A DNA stretch of 64,000 nt from Candidatus Izemoplasmatales bacterium (GTDB taxonomy: Bacteria > Bacillota_I > Bacilli_A > Izemoplasmatales > Hujiaoplasmataceae), in contig JBMNEZ010000001.1 in NCBI GenBank assembly GCA_050949045.1, forward strand, positions 1 to 64,000, given 5' to 3'. Made by a program: the position numbers and the translations under genes. Below, piece by piece: positions 60,698 to 64,000 of the stretch (the stretch's first letter is position 1; each line of letters begins with the position of its first letter). The notes beneath the pieces were generated by a model. That model did not search any database. It saw only the letters and a program-made list of their open reading frames with translations, and was not told the origin of the DNA.

Positions 60698-61561
60698 TTG
60701 AAAAGGAGATATTATTTGACTTTAGAAAAAGTTATTTCAGAACTGAATTATGTAAAAGATGTGGAGCAAGCGGTTTTTCAAAAAATCAGCAGAAATAAAA
60801 AAGCAATTGAAGAAATTGCAAAAACCGCATATCAGGGAGATAATTTTGATTTTGCATTACTTAAGTGTATGCCCTTAACTCGTTTATCTGTTGTCACCTA
60901 CCTTTTGATTAGTAAATATGATGAATACAGTACAAAAGGAATTCCGGACAGGATTATTTTTGACACATTTGAAGATGTTTCTCTACGAGCTAATTTATAT
61001 TATAAAAAAACAGGCAAGGCGGGCATTTCAAAAGATGATGTTATTTGGTTCCGACACATTATGAATGTTTCGATATTCAAAATAGGTTCTCTGCAATTTC
61101 AGCCATTTGAGATGATATATTTGGATGAAGATACGATTGGTGAGTCTTATATGTCATTTACGAAAGAGCAGAAAGAGTCTTTGCCAAACGGTTCACCCGT
61201 TATTAACTGCCATATTCAACGAGGTGTAGATTTAAATCCGAAATCAATTGAATTATCTTTTCAAAAAGCAAAAGTTTTTTTCTCGGAAATTTATCCAAAA
61301 CAAGAGTATAAAGCTTTTCTGTGATATAGTTGGATGCTATATCCGCCCATGTTGGAAAAGCTATCCGAAAAATCAAATATTAAGCAGTTTGCTGATAAGT
61401 TCGCTATTATTGGAGATTGTCCTGATCCGGAGCAGGCAACAGAATTTATTTTGGGCTATAACAAGAGAAAAGTAATTCCTGAAAATACGAGTTCTCTTCA
61501 AAAAATGGCATTCGAACATCCGGAATGGCTGGGCTTTGCGTGTGGAATTATTTGGATATAG
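60698..61561 (+). pseudogene. Acyltransferase-like (DUF5596-type) gene with one in-frame TGA at 61322
   Basis: FKIGSLQFQ, HIQRG, then AFL*YSWMLYP continuing in frame to SNIKQF and SSLQK. Confidence 0.7.
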
Positions 61562-61865
61562 ATTTTAGTCTGTTGTACCTGAACTTAAGAGGACCCTTGA
61601 TGTCAGACAAACGCTATACTTGGGAAAGGTTGATTTTACCGGGTTTTATTAATATAAAAACAGCTAAAAACAGGGCTTTATTTTCGACTTCTTCGCAGGG
61701 ACAATAGTTTTTTTGTTATCAGTGTTTTTTAAGAAGGCAAAGGGCAAGATGTCTAAAGCGCTTTTGAGTACTTTAGTTTGTCAAAGCGGTGTGTTTTATT
61801 GTATGTCAATCCAAAAAATGGTATCATATTCATAAACAAAACAGTATCAGAAGCGAGATGGGACA

Positions 61866-62546
61866 ATGGTTTTGATCGAAGCAAAGAAAGTCGAAAAGGA
61901 ATACATTACCCAAGCTGGATCGATCCGGGTTTTAAAGAACATCAACCTATGTGTCAAAAACGGGGAGTTTGTCGGCATCGTCGGACCTTCCGGTTCGGGA
62001 AAGTCAACTCTATTATATGTGCTCAGTGGTCTGGAAAAGGCCACCTCCGGCGAAGTTATACTGTTTGGAAAATCAACCGCAGAGATGAATGATGCTGACA
62101 TGAACGCGATCCGCAAATCAAAGATCGGTTTTGTATTCCAGTTCTATAACCTCTTGCCCAACTTGACTGTTCTTGAGAATGTTGAGTTGCCACTGGTAAT
62201 TGCCAGGCAAACCGATTTGTCCAAAGCGATCGAAGCTTTGAAAATGGTCAATCTTGATAAGCATTTAACATTGTATCCCGCCCAACTCTCGGGAGGCATG
62301 CAACAAAGAGTGGCCATCGCCAGAGCGATGGTCACGAACCCCAAAATCCTATTCGCGGATGAACCGACTGGGAATCTTGATTACCAAAGCAGTATTGAAA
62401 TCATCGAGATTCTCAAGAACTTGAATCAGAAACAGCAGACGACGATTGTGCTGGTGACCCACAATCTCGAGCATATGGCTTACTGCTCACGAAAAATAGA
62501 AATCATTGATGGAAATATCGGCGAAGATGAAAGAACTAGGTTTTAA
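61866..62546 (+). CDS. ABC transporter ATP-binding protein (LolD/MacB-type)
   Basis: [38 protein letters not shown]. Confidence 0.93.
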   Translation: MVLIEAKKVEKEYITQAGSIRVLKNINLCVKNGEFVGIVGPSGSGKSTLLYVLSGLEKATSGEVILFGKSTAEMNDADMNAIRKSKIGFVFQFYNLLPNLTVLENVELPLVIARQTDLSKAIEALKMVNLDKHLTLYPAQLSGGMQQRVAIARAMVTNPKILFADEPTGNLDYQSSIEIIEILKNLNQKQQTTIVLVTHNLEHMAYCSRKIEIIDGNIGEDERTRF

Positions 62547-64000
62547 AGTTAGGTTCGCCTGGAAAAATATAATAAGAAACCTAGGAAACTCACTTTCTGT
62601 TTTTTTATCATTGGTTTTAACGATGATGTTGTTGGTTATCATATTCAATATGAGACTTTGTTTTGAAAGAACATATTATTATCAAGATAAAGAGAAATAC
62701 GGCGAAATTGATATCGTCATTACTTATGACGAGAATGCGACGGCAAGACTAGTCAACAGGCGGAAACTAATCAACAACTACCTTGACGACATCAAATCAC
62801 CACTTGTCTTTTTCAACTTGTTTGTGCTTGCGGGAACCAATGAAGAGACTTTCTACGTCGAGTTGATGTCTGCTTCCAAGGTTGATATGGAATTATTGAT
62901 TGGTGAAGACTTTACCAGTCTGGGATCACAGGAAGTGATTATCACTGAATCACTTGCCAAACAGCAAAGCCTTGGAGAAAATGCGCAATTAACTATCATG
63001 ATGCTTGGAAAGGAGTATATTTACACAATTGTTCAAATTGTTCCCGACAAAGGATTATTTTCCGGCGACACTGTTTTTGTCGATAAAAATACACTGATCA
63101 GCGATTTCTATGGGTTGAGCGGTCTCAATAATCTCGGGAACACGATCTATGTAGATGTAATCAATGAAACTGAAATCGATGCGGTTTTTGAGCAAATCAA
63201 AATTGACGAAGAATATCAAGACTATTTGATAATGAAAACGGTCAATGAAGAAATCAATCGCAATAGAGCAACGTATAACAGCACAATCATGATTGGAATC
63301 ACCGCTTTGGTTTTGATTGCGCTTGCGATGGTGGTCCATTCGCTGTTTCCGCTGATGTCACGGAAAGTAAACAAACAGTATGCTTTGATTCGGATTTTCG
63401 GAGGAGAAGATCAATTTGTCTTTTCTGTATGGATTATTGAGATTTTGATTCTAGCCATCATTGCTGGAATCCTAGGGACTGGTTTCGCTTTTCTCGTCGC
63501 CAACTTCAGTTCCCGCAGTTATGGCGTGAAAACAATCATCCATCTTGGATGGTGGCAGACTCTAGTTGCCCTTCTTTTGGTAGTTTCGCTCTTGATTGTA
63601 GAAGCCTGGGCGCGGTTCTCTCATATCAAGAAACAAGGGGTCATCTCATTGTCGAGCGATATTAGATATCAGAGAGTAAAACCACGACTTTGGTTTTTCC
63701 TTGTCTTGGCTGCTTTTTGTGCGATAACGATGGTCGCGAAACCTTTCAGTTATCCTGTCAATGCTCTGATCATAATCATTTCATGCATTATCGCATCATT
63801 TCTCGGCATTACGATTTTACTCTATGAGACTCCGAGATTGTCCCCGAAAAGGAAGCCGTCTCTTTTTGCTCGCTTCAATCTCAAGTATTTACGCGATAAT
63901 CGCTATATCCATCATTCTCTTGAAATCCTCTATGCCTGTCTGTTGGTGATCGTAACCGCTCTTTCAATCAGATCCCACATCATCCAAGAAACTGCGACTT
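62527..64000 (+). CDS. FtsX-like ABC permease, runs off window end (absent from ORF track)
   Basis: ATG 62527 [18 protein letters not shown] + TM helix, extracellular loop, further TM helices; overlaps the ATPase stop. Confidence 0.8.
   Translation, partial: MKELGFKVRFAWKNIIRNLGNSLSVFLSLVLTMMLLVIIFNMRLCFERTYYYQDKEKYGEIDIVITYDENATARLVNRRKLINNYLDDIKSPLVFFNLFVLAGTNEETFYVELMSASKVDMELLIGEDFTSLGSQEVIITESLAKQQSLGENAQLTIMMLGKEYIYTIVQIVPDKGLFSGDTVFVDKNTLISDFYGLSGLNNLGNTIYVDVINETEIDAVFEQIKIDEEYQDYLIMKTVNEEINRNRATYNSTIMIGITALVLIALAMVVHSLFPLMSRKVNKQYALIRIFGGEDQFVFSVWIIEILILAIIAGILGTGFAFLVANFSSRSYGVKTIIHLGWWQTLVALLLVVSLLIVEAWARFSHIKKQGVISLSSDIRYQRVKPRLWFFLVLAAFCAITMVAKPFSYPVNALIIIISCIIASFLGITILLYETPRLSPKRKPSLFARFNLKYLRDNRYIHHSLEILYACLLVIVTALSIRSHIIQETAT

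Overview
Bacterial chromosome segment using genetic code 11 (TGA stops, tRNA-Trp CCA). Gene content and style suggest a free-living Mollicutes/Bacilli-related organism; this is inference. Housekeeping blocks (MATE, mgsA, nagA, nrdDG, EF-G paralog, degV, ackA, dnaE, pfkA, uvrB, rlmD, ABC transporters, six tRNAs) are interrupted by accessory regions. The main one is an AT-rich ~13.6 kb tract starting at the 3' end of tRNA-Trp (15171-28752). It is built from tandem units bounded by two recurring non-coding modules, A and B, which meet at TGCCA, the tRNA-Trp 3' end. Each unit carries 1-3 cargo genes: Fic, GNATs, a HExxH protein, three AAA+/DUF4143-type ATPases with distinct operator arrays, and a BcgI-like restriction-modification pair. 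No integrase is present in the window. Collapsed remnants of sibling cassettes and an IS21 scar show turnover. Other notable signals: an (AT)9 frameshift switch adding a third target-recognition domain to the RM specificity subunit; two DNA-binding genes whose promoter motif is repeated inside their own coding sequence; an A9 frameshift that truncates an EAL domain; and a structured RNA upstream of rlmD.
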